A DNA stretch of 64,000 nucleotides, taken from assembly GCA_963705705.1 (NCBI GenBank), contig CAVPKK010000007.1, positions 256,001 through 320,000 of the forward strand. The letters are read 5' to 3'. Every line of letters begins with the position of its first letter. The stretch's first letter is position 1. Source of the DNA: an uncultured bacterium. Lineage in GTDB: Bacteria; Babelota; Babeliae; Babelales; JABCYS01. Positions 62,563 to 64,000 of the stretch are shown here, one piece after another. Position numbers and translations under genes: made by a program. The notes beneath the pieces were generated by a model. The model saw only the letters and a list, made by a program, of their open reading frames with translations. It was not told the DNA's origin and did not search any database.

Positions 62563-63066
62563 TTACTGCATAAAAGCATCAATAAGCAATTGCTTTGCCG
62601 CAGGACTTATCAATCCCCGGGATTGCAAGTAAAAAAGTGCTGCAGGATCTAACTTCCCTACCGCGCTGCCGTGTTTGCATTGCACTTTATTATTGTGAAT
62701 TTCCAAGTTTGGGCTCGAGCGAATGGTTGCCTTATCGCCAAGCAAGAGATTTTTATTGAATTGAGATGCTTGAGCTTGCTGCGCCTCTTTGGCCAAAATA
62801 ATAGTTCCAAAATAGTGAATCTTGGCTTGGTCATAGGCTAAACCTTTGATGAGAACAGAACTTTTGGTACCAGGCGCAGTATGTTTTTGGACAATGGTTA
62901 AGGCCAGGGCACCATTGCCCGTCATTATATATGATCCGTAAAGCTCAATTTCGCTGTTTGGCTCAGTTAAATCCAGAGTAATCGTATGCGTACCCGGCTG
63001 CAAAAAAATAAGTGAAATAGATTTCCGCTCGCCAGAAACTGCGGTAAAAACTTTATGTTCCATCAT
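62563..63066 (-). CDS. sufD: Short SufD-like protein
   Basis: NLLL...A...S.PNLEI...V.CKHGSAVG.LD...LFYLQSRG. Confidence 0.85.
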   Translation of the reverse strand: MMEHKVFTAVSGERKSISLIFLQPGTHTITLDLTEPNSEIELYGSYIMTGNGALALTIVQKHTAPGTKSSVLIKGLAYDQAKIHYFGTIILAKEAQQAQASQFNKNLLLGDKATIRSSPNLEIHNNKVQCKHGSAVGKLDPAALFYLQSRGLISPAAKQLLIDAFMQ

Positions 63067-63188
63067 AGCCTACCCATACAAATATAGCGACGATGAAAAT
63101 ACAAACTACTCGACGACATTGGAACTTGTTACTAGGAGTCGATAGTTTTTTATTTTTTCGGAGCAAAAGAGGAAGCGAAATAATAAAT

Positions 63189-64000
63189 TTATCCAAGCGA
63201 GCCTTCCATTTGCATAGCAATTAATCTATTAATTTCGACCGCATATTCCATTGGCAATTCCCGCACAAATGGCTCAATAAAACCATTCACAACCATAGCT
63301 TGAGCCTTCTGCGGGCTAAACCCGCGCGATGCTAAATAAAATAGCTGGGCCTCATCTATGGCATTCACTGAAGCCTCATGACCAATGTCAGTATCCGGCT
63401 GTGCAACCTGGATAGTTGGATAGGTATCAGAACGAGATTGTTCATCAAACATCAACGCATCACAACGAACACGCGATACCACATTATGGGCGCCTGGCGT
63501 AACTTTTAACAATCCGCGATAACTGGTGCGGCCGCCATTCATGCTCATGGATTTTGAAATGATATTGGAAGTCGTATGTGGCGCCAAATGAATTACCTTT
63601 GCTCCAGCATCCTGGTGTTGCCCAGCATTTGCACAGGCGATGGAAATTATTTCTGCTTTGGCGCCCGGTTCTTTCAAAATAACAGCCGGATATTTCATTG
63701 TTACCTTGCTGCCAAAATTACCATCCACCCAAGCAACTTGTGCATTACGATAAGCAATTGCTCGTTTGGTCACGAGATTGTAAACGTTATTGGACCAGTT
63801 CTGGATGGTGGTGTAACGAATATATGAACCTGGTAGTGCAATCAATTCAACCACAGCACTATGAAGAGAAGCGGCAGAATGCAATGGCGCCGAACACCCT
63901 TCCACATAATGAACTGAAGAGCCTTCGTCTGCAATGATCAAGGTTCGCTCAAACTGCCCCATTCGTTGGGCATTGATTCTAAAATATGCTTGTAATGGCA
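63189..64000 (-). CDS. sufB: Fe-S assembly protein SufB (partial, runs off the window)
   Basis: GQFERTLI, YVEGC, LHSAVVE, YTTIQNW, TMKYP, CDAL, HEA, ELPMEYAVE. Confidence 0.97.
   Translation of the reverse strand, partial: PLQAYFRINAQRMGQFERTLIIADEGSSVHYVEGCSAPLHSAASLHSAVVELIALPGSYIRYTTIQNWSNNVYNLVTKRAIAYRNAQVAWVDGNFGSKVTMKYPAVILKEPGAKAEIISIACANAGQHQDAGAKVIHLAPHTTSNIISKSMSMNGGRTSYRGLLKVTPGAHNVVSRVRCDALMFDEQSRSDTYPTIQVAQPDTDIGHEASVNAIDEAQLFYLASRGFSPQKAQAMVVNGFIEPFVRELPMEYAVEINRLIAMQMEGSLG

Overview
Bacterial chromosomal window with housekeeping genes (recJ, lysS, ctpA, sodA, ftsB-like, rapZ, glmS, rpsI, lemA, tRNA-Thr, dksA, tadA, gyrB, tilS, dnaJ, sufU, nurA, sufS, sufD, sufB) interleaved with arrays of paralogous signal-peptide proteins carrying eukaryote-like domains. 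This content suggests an intracellular parasite of protists, most plausibly Candidatus Dependentiae/Babelota (TM6); that is an inference, not a classification. The main candidate for a new system is three tandem secreted ankyrin-repeat proteins, each with an internal RelE/StbE-type toxin domain and C-terminal TPR-like helices. They have no adjacent antitoxin and sit inside the suf operon (52322-62481). Other highlights: a 16-kb island of candidate nucleus-targeted effectors (NLS-like, F-box-like, Sel1/TPR modules, PxDLS and RVxF motifs, and an unrecognised GKxW...QPYA domain); a secreted MYND-finger protein; an unannotated 45-aa metallothionein-like peptide after sufS; and two dispersed palindromic repeat families, one inserted in frame into recJ and tadA. 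Three genes have small indels that look like sequencing errors. No CRISPR array, integrase or transposase was seen. All calls come from reading motifs by eye; no searches were run.
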